Under the pieces are notes generated by a model, which had not been told where the DNA came from, ran no database searches, and was given only the letters and a program-made list of their open reading frames with translations. Of a stretch of 64,000 nt of DNA, positions 25,100 through 40,353 are shown piece by piece. A program made the translations under genes and the position numbers. Positions within the stretch are counted from its first letter, which is position 1. The number at the start of each line of letters is the position of its first letter. This DNA comes from Octopus sinensis (lineage: Eukaryota), in assembly GCF_006345805.1 (NCBI RefSeq), contig NC_043010.1:33976001-34040000 (forward strand), written 5' to 3'.

Positions 25100-26151
25100 A
25101 AGAGATGTGGCTTGTTTGAGGCTAACAGTTTTTGCTAATCTTCCTCAGTAGCTGAAACATTTTATGTTGATTAGATCTGGCTGAGATAATGGAGGAATAA
25201 AGTTTGATATTTCCTCTTGTTCTTCCACTTTTGACTTATGCTTCTGTTGGATTTGTTACACATTTTGATTATCTATATTTGTGTTTACTCTTCTGCTAAG
25301 TCATGTGCTTCCCCGTTTCCCTTGCTGCTTATATATGGCTTTGTATCCAGTGAATGATCTTTGTAGAATACTTTCAATTTTTTAAAAACCAAAACTCTTT
25401 CTTGACAGAAAAAGTTTTAGGGTTAACAAACTAACAATAAATAGAAAAGCTTTTTCTCCCACAGTAATTTTTGAGCAGAATCTAAACTAGCATTCCACAT
25501 AACTCTGATTTGAATATTGTAAAATTGTAATGTAATCTGTAGCTCATATTTGTATTGTTAAAGGTCCAAGTAGCCTCCATACCCTATCCCCATTGCTTGA
25601 ATTTAACATAGCTGCATAACTGATTGTTAAAACAGTTTGTTGTGTTCTTGTTGCCTCCTTTTTTTTTAAAAAAAAAAGGTAAAAAAAAAGGATTTTAAAT
25701 AGTCCTTTCAGTTGAGGTAGCTAAATATACTACCTTCTGTTTAAACTGAGTAGTTAGTAATTTAAATTTCTTAGATTCTTCTCTTAAGGAAGTGGGAGTT
25801 AGCTCTTTTTCACAAAAAATAGCTATCATGGATGTAGATCTTTACTGCATAGTTTTTACTATTTGTTTACAAAGTTTTTGATAACTTAAAATAGTACTTG
25901 TATTTCCTTGTAACCAGTGGCATACAACACTTGAGTATTTGTGCTACACTGGTAGATCTGTGATATTACTTGAAGTGTGCTGTTGTAGAATAGGTAGGTT
26001 TAATCAAGCTATATATGTATGTATGTGTATATATATATATACACACACACACACATACATACATATATATCTGTCCAAATCTGTAATGACAGCCTTAAAC
26101 CTCTATTTATACAAGAGGTTAGAGTCGGGCCCTGTATGATATCCTTGTTGA

Positions 26152-28739
<2,588 letters not shown>

Positions 28740-28843
28740 ATTTGAAGACCCTAGAGATGCTGATGATGCATTGTACCACCTTGATGCCAGTAACTTTTAT
28801 GGGAAGAACCTACAGATAGAATTTGCAAGAGGAGACAGAAAAA
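28740..28843 (+). CDS. SRSF10: SRSF10-like coding exon 3 (RRM second half)
   Basis: FEDPRDADDALYHLDASNFYGKNLQIEFARGDRK; AC acceptor; A|GTAAGT donor. Confidence 0.95.
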
Positions 28844-29419
28844 GTAAGTATGACTTATTTCATTGTTTTCTGATATGCAATATTATATTTAACTATATTA
28901 TTTTTAGCCCAGGTCATTCCTGATCCAATGGACCTATGGTCAACTTGCTTCATCGTTTTCTAAGCTGCAAGCTGATATGCGATGTTATATTTACCTGTAG
29001 TTTTAGCCCAGGTCAGTCCTGATTCAATGGGCCTCTGGTCAAAGTTGTGATCAGCTCTTTTTTCGGACTGTGTATGCAGGACTACATTGTGAATGTGGCT
29101 TTTCATGCCTTTGCCTTTTTGTTAAACTGTAGGATGTGGTTTGGTTGCTATTTCTAACAAATCAGTCAACCAAAAAAACTCCATTTGTCTGACTGTTGTC
29201 TTGGACAAGGCACATAAAGCTATATAAATTCCAATTCTTTTCTCCAATGATACAAGCTCTGGTGTATTGGCTGTGACAAATTGTGCAATTGGTAATGCTT
29301 ATAACATGTTCTTGCATCACTGCTATGAATGGTGGTTACTGTGGGATTGCTAGTATGTAAGAGTTGTTGCAGTTGTATAACTGAAACTGGATGTAAATTT
29401 TTTTTTTTTTTAACTTTAG

Positions 29420-29552
29420 CACCATCACAAATGAGAAACAAAGAAAAAATGAGACGCAGTTCATTATCACCATATCGTAGTCGTTACTATGATGATTATT
29501 ATGACAGACGAGGCAGCAGACGAGGTTACAGATCAAGAAGTAGGAGTCCAAG
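29420..29552 (+). CDS. SRSF10: SRSF10-like coding exon 4
   Basis: TPSQMRNKEKMRRSSLSPYRSRYYDDYYDRRGSRRGYRSRSRSP; the KTPxQM motif is typical of SRSF10; TAG / GTAAGT boundaries. Confidence 0.95.
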
Positions 29553-29719
29553 GTAAGTGAACTTAAAATGATAAAAAATGCCAACTATGGGAGGGAGAGG
29601 GTATATTTTTGTCAGGACTGCTGTGCGGTATGTGAGGTTGAGGAAGTGTTTGAAACTTTTAATTGGAATTTGTGTGTGTGTGGGCCATTCTCTAATCTAC
29701 CCTTAATTTCTTCTTACAG

Positions 29720-29761
29720 ATCTCGTTCAAGGAGCCCTAATGGTGGCAGCACTAGGAAAAG
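29720..29761 (+). CDS. SRSF10: SRSF10-like coding exon 5 (42 nt, RS)
   Basis: RSRSRSPNGGSTRK; CAG / GTAGGT boundaries, phase 2-2. Confidence 0.9.
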
Positions 29762-30253
29762 GTAGGTATTGTAAGAATTTACTTATGAAGCAAAATGACT
29801 GAAGTTAACAAATTGTTTACTGATCTCATTGTCAACAGTTTAGATTATTACTCATGTCATGGTTTCTGTGCAAGCCGTTTCATAAATAATGATGATGATA
29901 ATAATCTGCTCCTACTTAGGATTCATAATCTTGGTCATATGAATAAACTATCCTAGCATGGAAAATGTAAAATAGTAAAAAGATGGTAATCAGTTTCTTT
30001 TTCAACGAGGGATTGGTGGTGGTGATAATGGTGTAAAGTTATTTGCTTATCAAAAAACTGACAGCTAGAGTTGAAGCTACTTCTGTGTATGAGATATGGG
30101 TTCTTCAAAGTAACTTTCTATTTCATGCAAGATTTGAATGAATAAATATATTTTTATGTATTGGCTGGTGAATTATCTTAATGTAGTTGGTGATAATGCT
30201 TCTCACTTCTAAATTTACTGAATTATTCTGCTTAAAATATTTTGTTTTTGTAG

Positions 30254-30289
30254 TCGACGTAGTCGAAGCAGATCTCCACGCAGACATAG
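30254..30289 (+). CDS. SRSF10: SRSF10-like coding exon 6 (36 nt, RS)
   Basis: SRRSRSRSPRRH; TAG / GTAGGT boundaries, phase 2-2. Confidence 0.9.
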
Positions 30290-31142
30290 GTAGGTTGTAA
30301 TTTTATTCCTTTGGTCCTTTAGACCACTGTAATAAATGCATTACTGTAATTAGCTCCTACCACTTTTGGGGTTGTGGTCAACCTATTCTCTTAGGTCATT
30401 TGGTTATCTCTAGGGAAGAAACCAGCTAAGTATATGACAAACATGTAATTTTAACCCTTTAATTACTCTATTTTTAGCCAAAAATACTGTTCCTCTTTGA
30501 ATTAAGCTACATAATTAAGCTAATTAATATTAAAATAATGGTTTAAATATGTAAAAGAAAAAAATCTGAAATTTTCAGCCTCGAAATTATCAAGTAGGAT
30601 CTAAAATATGGAGTTATTTAAAATTTTGTTTAAATATCATCGTTATTAACCAATATTAGAATAACGGTAAAACCGTTCAGTTGAATTTGATTTCTGTTCC
30701 TCTTTTTTCCTTTTAAATTTTTTGTAATTACAAGGTACACTTGAATTGGAATAGCAGTAAATAGTAAATGGGTTTTGATTTATGAGAACGATTAATTGGG
30801 TCTATATTATTTTGAATATTTTAATTGCTGTATTTGAAAATCAACTTTGGTCACTTTATTGAATTTAGAGTTTATTAATTTAAAGCATTCAACGCTGTAA
30901 TAGTGAAGGCTAGATTGGTTAGAATACGGAAAACAATTGACAACCTAAAATTTTTGTAAAAATATTGCTCAGTGTACAATAAAGTAAGATTTATGGTTGA
31001 TGGTTTGATTTAAATATGAATAGGAAAATGTGAATGTCCTCAGGTACCCTAGCAATAGGTGGGTTGGTAAATCTAACAGTAGTAAAAGTTTACCATTTAA
31101 AACAAAGCTTTCTGATTGCTCTCATTGTTTCCTTTATTGTAG

Positions 31143-31247
31143 GTCTTACAGTCGTTCTCGCAGCAGATCAAGGTCTTATGATCGCAGAAGAAGCAGCCCA
31201 TCTCCACGTAGGTCTGTATCTGGCGACCAGAAGGACCACACACTCAG
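31143..31247 (+). CDS. SRSF10: SRSF10-like coding exon 7 (RS)
   Basis: RSYSRSRSRSRSYDRRRSSPSPRRSVSGDQKDHTL; TAG / GTACTA boundaries; an in-phase alternative donor exists at 31212. Confidence 0.85.
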
Positions 31248-31360
31248 GTACTAACATAAACTGATCACAAATTCTTTCGTTGTGTGTCATGACAGTTCAT
31301 TGAAAGTTTCCTTTCTTTGTGCATTTAAGATTTAACTACTGTATCTTTTTCTCTTTCCAG

Positions 31361-31451
31361 GTCTCGGTCATACAGCAGGTCTTCGTCCCAGTCAGGGGGT
31401 AAAGATGGCTCTGGACAGGATGACCAGAAGGCAGATAGCCCTCAAGACTAG
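31361..31451 (+). CDS. SRSF10: SRSF10-like terminal coding exon 8
   Basis: RSRSYSRSSSQSGGKDGSGQDDQKADSPQD*; strong CTCTTTCCAG acceptor; total CDS 681 nt = 226 aa + stop. Confidence 0.9.
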
Positions 31452-31552
31452 TGTATTATATATATTTTTTCATAGGTTCATGTATTTTTAATTTCTTCTA
31501 GACTGTCTGTCTCATGCTGTAAATTACACAATCCCCCTCCATGTTTCATTGA

Positions 31553-31558
31553 AATAAA
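31553..31558 (+). terminator. Candidate polyadenylation signal of SRSF10-like gene
   Basis: AATAAA ~100 nt after the stop, followed by ATTAAA and T-rich sequence; a second AATAAA at 31643-31648. Confidence 0.6.
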
Positions 31559-32681
31559 ACTTTTATTAAAATTAAAACTTGTGAGACTCTTTTACAACTT
31601 CTAATTTTGCTTTTATAGTTTGCTTGGCTACAGCCATTTCAAAATAAAAATATTCATGTAATGAATGATTGGTCTAACACCAATATATGAATTCAATCCC
31701 ATGAGCCTCCTTCACCTGAATTAGCAATCTCCTTACTATCATAATATAGGTACAATTAATGGGGTACCTGGGACTATGATAAATTCTAAAGTAACTGAAT
31801 TTGTTTGTACATCTAAATATGTCATTGAAGCACTGCCAAGCACCTTCATCTCATCTATCATACTCCATTAGCATTTTAATCTTTTCTATAGACTTGCATG
31901 AATGAGAAACAATTCAGAGGCAGGTTTTCTACAAAACAGATGCCCTTCTCGTTGCTAACACATCATTTGTTTTCAAGGTAATACTTCCCCTAAGGCCAGA
32001 CATGTTTTTCATGAAAGATTGGAAATTTGTAACTGCTTATTGGAAGACAGTTACAACAGGTTTCTTTCAGCTTCTGTCCACCAAAACTATGTGCTTGGTA
32101 AGCCAACTTCTTAACCCCACAGCCATGCCTGTACCTAAATACCATATCTTACACCACCCCTCTCTCTGAGGGAATGAGAACCATTTTTTGGCAGCCAGTG
32201 GTTTACCTACTGCCACCATTCATCTCTCCCTATATAACATGAGTATGTTGGCTTGTTAGTTGTGTTCCACTAAAAATATTCTCCACATGATCATTTAGCA
32301 GGCTTGAAATAGCATCCACAAATCAAACTGTCTGAAAAAAGGTCACAACTAATATTGTGCTAAAGATATATTGAGAATGAAAAAAAATTTGTATTAGGGA
32401 TGTATTTATAGACAATGAAGAACCCAACATTGCAAAATGAGAAAGGATGGTCACATGGACACCTTTTACAAATCTGATCATGGTTGATCTAGAGGCAAAT
32501 AGCCAACAGTTTTCCTTAAATTACAGCCATTTGATATTAGTAAAGCAAAAGATATGGTCAATGTAGTCATATATAAAATTACAGTGTCAGCAATTATAAT
32601 AGTACCATGTGAGTAAATCATAATATAATTTATGGCAAAAACCTTAATTTCATCCAGTTCATATTTTGTTTTGATTACCCT

Positions 32682-33008
32682 GTGGAGGTGCAATGGCCCA
32701 GTGGTTAGGGCAGCAGACATGCGGTTTCGATTCCCAGACCAGACATGTTTATTGAGCGAAAACACGTGAGGCTCTGGCGAACCCTGCTGTATGCTTTCAC
32801 CACAATTTTCTCACTCTTTCTTCCTGTTTCCGTTGTACCTGTATTTCAAAGGGCCAGTCTTGTCATGCTATATCTCCCTGAGAATACGTTAAGGGTACAT
32901 GAGTCTGTGGAGTGCTCAGCCACTTGCATGTTAATTACATGAGCAGGCTGTTCAGTTGATTGGATCAACTGGAACCCTCGTCATTGTAACCGATGGAGTG
33001 CCACGACA
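32682..33008 (+). mobile_element. tRNA-derived SINE family D with target-site duplication
   Basis: A-box TGGCCCAGTGG, B-box GTTTCGATTCC; 11-bp TSD TTGATTACCCT at 32671-32681 and 33009-33019. Confidence 0.85.
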
Positions 33009-33574
33009 TTGATTACCCTACAATATTAAATGAAAGGTCAAATGAGTTTCATGTCAAGTAGGGTCCAGTCTAAATTCTGGAAATTGCTTTCACTGCTGAA
33101 TGTTAAAGTGGAGACTAGAAGGAAGGCTGGTCTGAAGATGCTGCTTCCCATAGGTAAGATGGACAAAACACTGTCTAGATTGGTGTTACAGAAGACCTGT
33201 CTGCTTCTGGAAGAACTTACCTTGACATGAGGTTAGTGTTTTAGAAAGCATGGATGTATATTTGTTCCTCACCTTCTACGACCACTTACAGAATGGCAGT
33301 GTCTTTAGAAGCTGTTATGTTAGGCTTAAGTTGTGAAATATAAAACTATTAGTGCAACAGTGGATGCATCACTATCCCTGACTTGTTGCTTTACTAGTCA
33401 TAGACTTTTACCTGTCCCTCTACTACTTGGACGGTCTACACTGACTTCCTTGTCCTTCTCTGGCTCGCATATAAAAGGCTGCATTGGGCCTGCCATATTC
33501 AATACACTAGCTTCATGTATCACCCAACACATTGTTCCTTCTCGAGCCATGCCTGGCTCATAAAGGCCATGTTT

Positions 33575-33755
33575 TCTGGTTTCCTTGGTGTATAGGATGG
33601 GACGCCGGTTCATGCAGGAAGAAAGAGTGAGGGGAAAGTTGAGGCGAAAGAATCAGCAGATGTTCGCCATTACCTCGCTCATAAACACACATTGCCTGGT
33701 CTGAGATTTGAACCCACGAGTCAACTGCTCTAACTACTAGGCCATGTGCCTCCAC
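33575..33755 (-). mobile_element. SINE family D, partial copy
   Basis: Minus strand GTGGAGGCACATGGCCTAGTAGTTAGAGCAG..GGTTCAAATCTCAGACCAG resembles the head at 32682. Confidence 0.6.
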
Positions 33756-34884
33756 ATCACACAACACATACTCTTACCTTAATCTCTACCTGTCCATATA
33801 CCTCCTGAGTGTCCTTCAATTATTTCTATTCCCCCTACAGTCGTGTCTATTCTGTTACTCTATGCTTTACGCCTGCTCCTATTCTTCAATTACAGGGGTC
33901 ATGAAAAATAGTACTCCGTATATATTTGAAAACTGGTTGCATTAGGAAGGGTATCTAATTGCAGACATTAGTGCACAGTGCAGTTCTCTGATTTATTGGA
34001 TGCTGTCAAATGTAACAACCATTGCCAGTATGGAAGATGGATGTTAAAATTGGTGATAACTTAGAAATTGAAACGTCGTTACATTTAATGCATTTTTTTC
34101 ATTTGCTGCAAATTAAAATCATTCATAATTACCATTATAAAACCTGAAGTTTATTTTTCACAGAAAAGGAAAACTTTGTTTTTACCTAGTGGACTTGCAT
34201 AACTTTTTTTTAAGCACTATGTCCAGAATGTAGGACATAGGTGATGTCCTGCCACAATTCTCTCTTTACTTTGTCATAATTCCACCTCCTGATGTTTAAT
34301 GCTTCTTTTCCAACCAGTTTGCCAAGCTTGACAACCATATCACCCTTCTGCTTCTTTTCCCTTCAATCTTTTCAAATATATATATACAGGGTGCTGCTTA
34401 TCACTAAATTCTCCTGGCCACCTTACCTCATCTAACGACCAAGATATCTCAGTTGTTTGGCCCTTATCTCAACAAACCAATTGCCTATTTACTACAGCCT
34501 GGGTCATCTTCATTAGACACTTTGGCCATGTTACTCTCAGTATTTTCCTTAAGAACCACAATTCACAGCTCTTCAAGAACCTCAGGTAGATTGAACTGCT
34601 GTGTCTGTCTGCATTATATCACTACTAGTCTAGGATTGAGATAGATGTTGGTCTTTTGATTTAAATGTGATATTTCTTGAGTTGGTGACCAAAGAAGGGA
34701 TTTAAAATATTTAATAACTGACTGGGCTAGCTTTTTTGGTTAAAGGTTTGTCACCTTAGGGTTCTAAATTTGATCATATCCTCAGTATCAGTGCAAAACT
34801 GTCCCACTAATACAGAACCCCTAAAACCTGGGCAGTGAAAGATTATCAAATATGTTAATGCATTGAAACTTGGTTGCAGTATAC

Positions 34885-35238
34885 TTTTACTTGTTTGCCA
34901 TTTGACTGACCATGCTGGAGTACCGCCTTTAGTTGAACAAATCGACCCCAGTTCTTATTCTTTGTAAGCCTAATACTTATTCTATTGGTCTCCTTTGTCG
35001 AACTGCTAAGTTTCGGGGATGTGAACACATCAACATCAGTTATCAAACAGTGGTGGAGAGACACACACACAAACATATATGACGGGCTTCTTTCAGTTTC
35101 TGTCTTCAAAATCCACTCATGGCTTAGGCCAGCCCTAGGTTTTAGAAGACACTGGCCTAAGGTGCCATGCAGTGGGACTGAAACTGGAACCATGTGGTTG
35201 GAAAGCAAGTTTTTTATCACACAGTCACACCTGCACCT
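34885..35238 (-). mobile_element. SINE family A, full length
   Basis: Colinear with 7858-8342, with a short internal (CA)/(TA) tract. Confidence 0.85.
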
Positions 35239-35487
35239 GATTTTTTTTCCTAACTATTTCTGAGTAGCCATGATTTAGTATTTCTAAATGTTACAAATCT
35301 GCAATATTCCAATATTTGGTAATTGCTTGATATTTTCAATAAAACCAATAGTTCTGAAATTCCCACTTAGGGCTGCTTAACTCTTCAGCACTCAGATTAC
35401 TCTGTCAAATCTAATGCATCACAATTGTTTTGAATTGATCATGCATATCTCAGCTTCACAATTTTGATGATGTGGCTTTTCTATTCT

Positions 35488-36400
35488 TTCTTTTACTTCT
35501 TTCAGTCATTTGACTGGCCATGCTGGAGCACCACCTTCAGTCGAACAAATCGACCCTAGGACTTATTCTTTGTAAACCTAGTATTGTTTCTATCAATCTT
35601 TTTGCGGACGTAAACATACCAACATCGGTTGTCAAGTGATGGTGGTTGGGACAAACAAACACACAAATATATATATATACACAGGCATACTTTGGCTTAA
35701 GTCATTCTCGATTATACGTCGGCTTTCAAAAATAATATATGGAAAATTAGAAATCAAATTAGGTTGTTTTATTCAACTTTATGTCTGTCCGCCACAAACA
35801 TTGGAATCATAAAAGCACATAAAGCCATATTACTGTCAGAATAAAAGCATATAAAATCATATTAATATGCATAGTAAAGTAGTATAGTTTAGTGAACAAA
35901 ATCATGAAATCACCAAATTGTATGTATGTTGGTAAATTTAATATTTTTTTTTTTTTTACTGTTGCGAAATAATAATTATTGAATTTGTTTTTTAAGCTTA
36001 AAAAATGCTTTTATTTTACCATGTCTTATTGCAAACCACATTCATATATAAAGCATCTGCAATGTACGGTAAAAACCACCAAATTGTATTCGTAAATTTA
36101 GATTACTTTTTTTTACTGTATTTTTAGCTTAAAATAGGTTTTTATTAACCATAAAGTACAGAACTGGAAATGGTTATCAGTTTAGCCTAGAGACAAGTTA
36201 ATTTGACTTGTCGTGTCTCCAGGAACCAATTAACAACATAGGGTGAAGTATGCCTGTATATATATATATACAACGGGCTTCTTTCAGTTTCCATCTACCA
36301 AATCCACTCACAAGGACACTTGTGCAAGGTGCCACGCAGTGGGACTGAACCCAGAACCATGTGGTTGGTAAGCAAGCTACTTACCACACAGCAATGCCTG
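35488..36400 (-). mobile_element. SINE family A split at its internal (TA)n by a pogo/Tigger-like MITE
   Basis: Tail part ~35488-35680 and head part ~36257-36400 are colinear with 7858-8342. Confidence 0.8.
35682..36256. mobile_element. pogo/Tigger-like non-autonomous element
   Basis: TIRs CAGGCATACTT.. / ..AAGTATGCCTG inserted in a TA run; AT-rich interior with an internal degenerate duplication; no ORF. Confidence 0.7.
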
Positions 36401-36665
36401 TTTTTCAAAAGATATTGTAGAGCAGGTCTGAGAGGCCAGATCTGGTTGATTTGAACATAAAACAGGTAGAATATTCGGCTGGTTTAAATGCAAAAGGGTT
36501 AACACTAGTTCTTACATCAACAATTGACAATTTCACATTTCTCTGAATCGGCCATAAATTGTATTAATTTGTCCTTTTGTTTCTTAATTGTTGAAGAACT
36601 TGTTATTTCACGTACAATGATGTTTCTTCTTCCTCTTTTAATGTCCACTTTTTCATGGGTCTGAT

Positions 36666-38094
36666 CAGTGGTTCCCAACCGATTTTTGGCCCATGCCCTA
36701 TCGAATCATTTTTAAAATCCTGATGCCCCCATGTGATATTTAACTTTTGTTATTCAAAATTTGTTTAATGTTAAAAAAAAAAAATAGTGTAATGGACGTA
36801 AGGAAAATGTGTAGGAAACGAATATAAAAAAAATGCGCAGAAATCAACAGGGAGTTTTCCCCTCATAACTTTCAGGAAAATGTTTTTTTTTAATGAAATT
36901 TTATATAAATACCTTTCAACCAGCATAGATTACGATTATAAAGAAATTTGTGGGAAAACCTTCACCGAGGAGTGAGGAGAAGACTTTACAAGATCCAAGC
37001 TTTTCGCCCATAACTTGGTGACAGTTTATCGTGGATAGCAGCTATAAATCCAAATTTTAAATATTCCTCTGAATATTGACGAACATTTTTTACTTGCACT
37101 ATTCATTTTATGTATTTTTGAATCAGCATAACAACAGATTTCTTCGCCCCTGATTTTGGATGATCATAGCTTTCAGAAAAATGGATATTTTAAATGAAAT
37201 TCTCTATGAATATGAGTTATATCATGTACATTCCGAATATATACATTTTTTTTTTTTAGGTGGGAAATTTCGGAAATTTCACTTCAATTCGTTTCAACTT
37301 TCAAGAAATCGATACTTTTTAAATGAAATTCTCTACAAATATACCTCGGACTATGTGGATTCTGAGGACATAGGAATTTTGGGGGAAAACAATTAGGGGC
37401 TATTTTTGACAGTTGTTCTCCACTTGCGCGTGTTTCTGAAAAAGTCGCCCATATTTGTTTCATTTTCTCCGTTTTGTGCGTTTGTGCATCCATAGATTTC
37501 TGCCCCCCCTCCCAAATATGTAATTAAAAAGTCCAAACAGGGAATTATTCTATTCAATATCATGTTTTACACTTCTATACTTAACTGTGCATGTATATTC
37601 CTTATTTTTGCTTCTGTCATTCTATTAGAAACGTTTACCTGGGAATACAGTGAAAAAAAAATCGTATGCAACAGATAAGTCGTCTTAAAATATTTCTGTG
37701 TACCAGACCATTAGCTTCAAAAGGAAAAGATCCGCTGTTGTTTTTAGCATAACGAGTTTTCCGGTGAGGGCTTTATTGTCTGTTTGTTGCTTCAGAAGAA
37801 ATCTACGGATGCACAAATGCACAAAACGAAACAAATATGGACGACTAAATCGAAGGAAATAACATTTCTTCTTCTTTAGTGACATCAGATTTATGAATAG
37901 GATGAAAACGACCTGTTGTCTCTAAACTGTCAAAAATTTGATGAAATTTTTTTCAATAACTCATTCTCGATTTGCCCCCCTTTCTCTTTATTGGTATGCT
38001 AAACATTGTGTACAGCATAACCCCTATACATGCCTCATCAAAATATTACCATGCCCCCACTGGTGGGGTATACGCCCCACGTTGGGAATCACGG
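36666..38094. mobile_element. hAT-type non-autonomous element (~1.43 kb)
   Basis: TIRs CAGTGGTTCCCAAC / GTTGGGAATCACGG; imperfect 8-bp TSD GGTCTGAT / GGCCAGAT; internal degenerate repeats (AATGAAATTyTmTAy). Confidence 0.7.
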
Positions 38095-38234
38095 GGCCAG
38101 ATGGAATTTATCGAGGCACATTTATCACAACTGGAAGCTCTTCCTATCACCAACTTCCCAATTTCCAAGTAAGGTAACAGTTCCCTATGACTAGATGTTT
38201 GTCACAGAAGACTGGATATGAACAATGCTACAGG

Positions 38235-38645
38235 CATTATGGCAGTTCTTTAGTTGAATAAACCGACCCCAGGCTTAGCTTTCTTTTAAAGCCTGATACT
38301 TACTTCATTGGTCCTTTTTGCTGAACTGCTAAGCCACAGGGATATAAACACACCAACACCTGTTCTCAAACACATACATAATATATACACAGTAGGCTTC
38401 TTTCGGTTTCCATTACCAAATCCACTTACAAGGCTTTGGTCGACCCAAAGCTATAGTAGAAGACACCCAAGGTGCCACACAGTGGGGCTGAACTCAGAAC
38501 CATGTGGTTGGGAAGTAAACTTCTTACTACACAACCACCTCTGTGCCTTTACGATAGGTTTCTTTCAGTTTCCACACAGTGGGACTGAACTCGAGTCTAC
38601 ATGGATGGGAAGCAAGCTTCTTAAACCACACAGCCACATCTGCAC
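38235..38645 (-). mobile_element. SINE family A copy plus a duplicated head fragment
   Basis: Colinear with family A; second short head at ~38550-38645. Confidence 0.7.
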
Positions 38646-38919
38646 CTCAGGCTTACAATGTTAGAATTACCTGCTTTCTTTTCACACTTTCTCTTAACTG
38701 GTTACTCTTGTTAACATTGGAAAACCTTTTTACTAACAAGTGTGCAAAATATAAATAAAGTTTGAGATGAAATAGATGCTGGTCACTAGGAATGACAGCG
38801 TTTAGCAGGGAACAAATCTGACCATTAGGTTTACTGGATTAACAGAGCTTGACTGTATTAACTCTTTTGATACTAATCTGTCTTAGACAACACCTAGTTC
38901 TACCATGCCAACATCCTGC

Positions 38920-39330
38920 TCAACCCTTCAGCATTCAGATTATTTTGTCCAGTGTCAAACTTTTTTTTATTCAGTTTTGAATTAATCATGCATTATCTTG
39001 AACCATTGAGATTTTGATGATGTGGTTGCTTATTTTTAGAATGACTGTAGGTTGGGCATGAGAGGTCAGATATGGCCAGTTTGAACATAAAACAAAGAAT
39101 ATTTGGGCAGATATGGCTGTTTTAATGCTAAAGGGTTAAAGTAATGCTTATTTATTCACGCTGTTTTGAATTTAATCATGTCTTATCTCATAGCTTTGAG
39201 ATTTCAATGATGTGATTGTTTAATTTTAGAATGATATTGTAGGATAGTTGTGAGAAGCTGGATCTGGCCAATTTGAACACAATACAGAATATTTGGACCA
39301 CACAGGGCCAGTTTAAATGCTAAAGGATAA
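38920..39330. mobile_element. TTAA-MITE, one full copy plus a tandem partial copy
   Basis: CCCTTCAGCATTC..AATGCTAAAGGG-TTAA (38920-39139), then the same body repeated to AATGCTAAAGG at ~39326. Confidence 0.75.
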
Positions 39331-39765
39331 GCAAGTTTAATAATGATCCTGTTATTTTACTAAATTCTTCATTATTTTAAAAATTGAAACAAAGGCCATG
39401 TATTTCAAAAAGAATAACAGTAATAAAAAAGTTAATTTTATCAAGGCATCAAACTGGTGCCAGTACTTTGCTGTATTAATTCCTGTAACTTTATCTTGAG
39501 TTCAACTGTCATTCATCATTTCAAATTTGATAAAATACCAGCCAAGCATTGGATTTGATAAATTTCTATTTAAATCGTTTTTGTAATTTAAAAAGTCTTG
39601 CCTTCTCAGTGTTACCCTCATTCAAATTGATAAGTATGTCAGATAACATGTACCTGAGAAATTTTTGGTTATTTTCATGTTAATATAAGGAGCTGATAAA
39701 AAAAAAATGGATGTTTATTGAGACCACCACAGAATTCACTGTCACTGCTTGTTTTGATTCTAGAG

Positions 39766-39934
39766 CAGTGCTCTAAAACCATTTTTTCACTTGCAGTACA
39801 CTTATTATTCTTTTCAAAATTTGGCAGCACACCTGAACTAAAAATATAACTAAAAGTATAGGAGAAAAAAATTATATTCAGGTTACACTGCGACACACCA
39901 GTATATGTCGTAGCATATCAGTTGCAGAGCATTG
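39766..39934. mobile_element. hAT/Charlie-like MITE
   Basis: TIRs CAGTGCTCT / AGAGCATTG; 8-bp TSD TTCTAGAG / TTCTTGAG matching the NTCTAGAN target preference. Confidence 0.75.
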
Positions 39935-40353
39935 TTCTTGAGCAAAGCTGAAATAAATTTTTCTGAAGAAAGACAACTTGACATATACAAACAGGTACAT
40001 CTCACCATCATCAGCTTTTGAATGTCCACTTTTCCTTGCTTGCATGGGTCTGCTGGATGCCTTTTGTTGTCAACCCTTACCCATTTCCAAGCAAAGTAAT
40101 ATCTCCTTTTTGTTTGGCATGTTCTTGAAGAATATTGGAAATAAATAACATGCCTGTGTGATAGTGATGCCCATTTACAACTATAATATGATGTCAAGGT
40201 AAAGAGGTACACACACACATATATATATTAAATATTACCTTACTTGGAAATAGGTGAGGAATGGAAACAGAGCATCTAGCTGTAGGAAATCCACTGCAAC
40301 AAATTCTATCCAACACATGCCATCATGAAGAAGTGGACATATATATATATACA

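Larger units (their letters stand above)
35377..36502. mobile_element. TTAA-flanked MITE split by a nested SINE
   Basis: Left half TTAA-CTCTTCAGCA.. (35377-~35480) and right half ..GCAAAAGGG-TTAA (~36400-36502) rejoin to the body seen at 38920-39139. Confidence 0.75.

Noticed and set aside
29553-30293. In-frame stop codons right at the start of the SRSF10 RS-domain introns
   Set aside because: Automatic consequence of phase-2 AG|GTAA or AG|GTAG donor consensus; not evidence of a special mechanism.
32682-32745. tRNA-like A and B boxes here and in other SINE heads
   Set aside because: No cloverleaf; followed by SINE bodies and, here, flanked by a TSD, so not tRNA genes.
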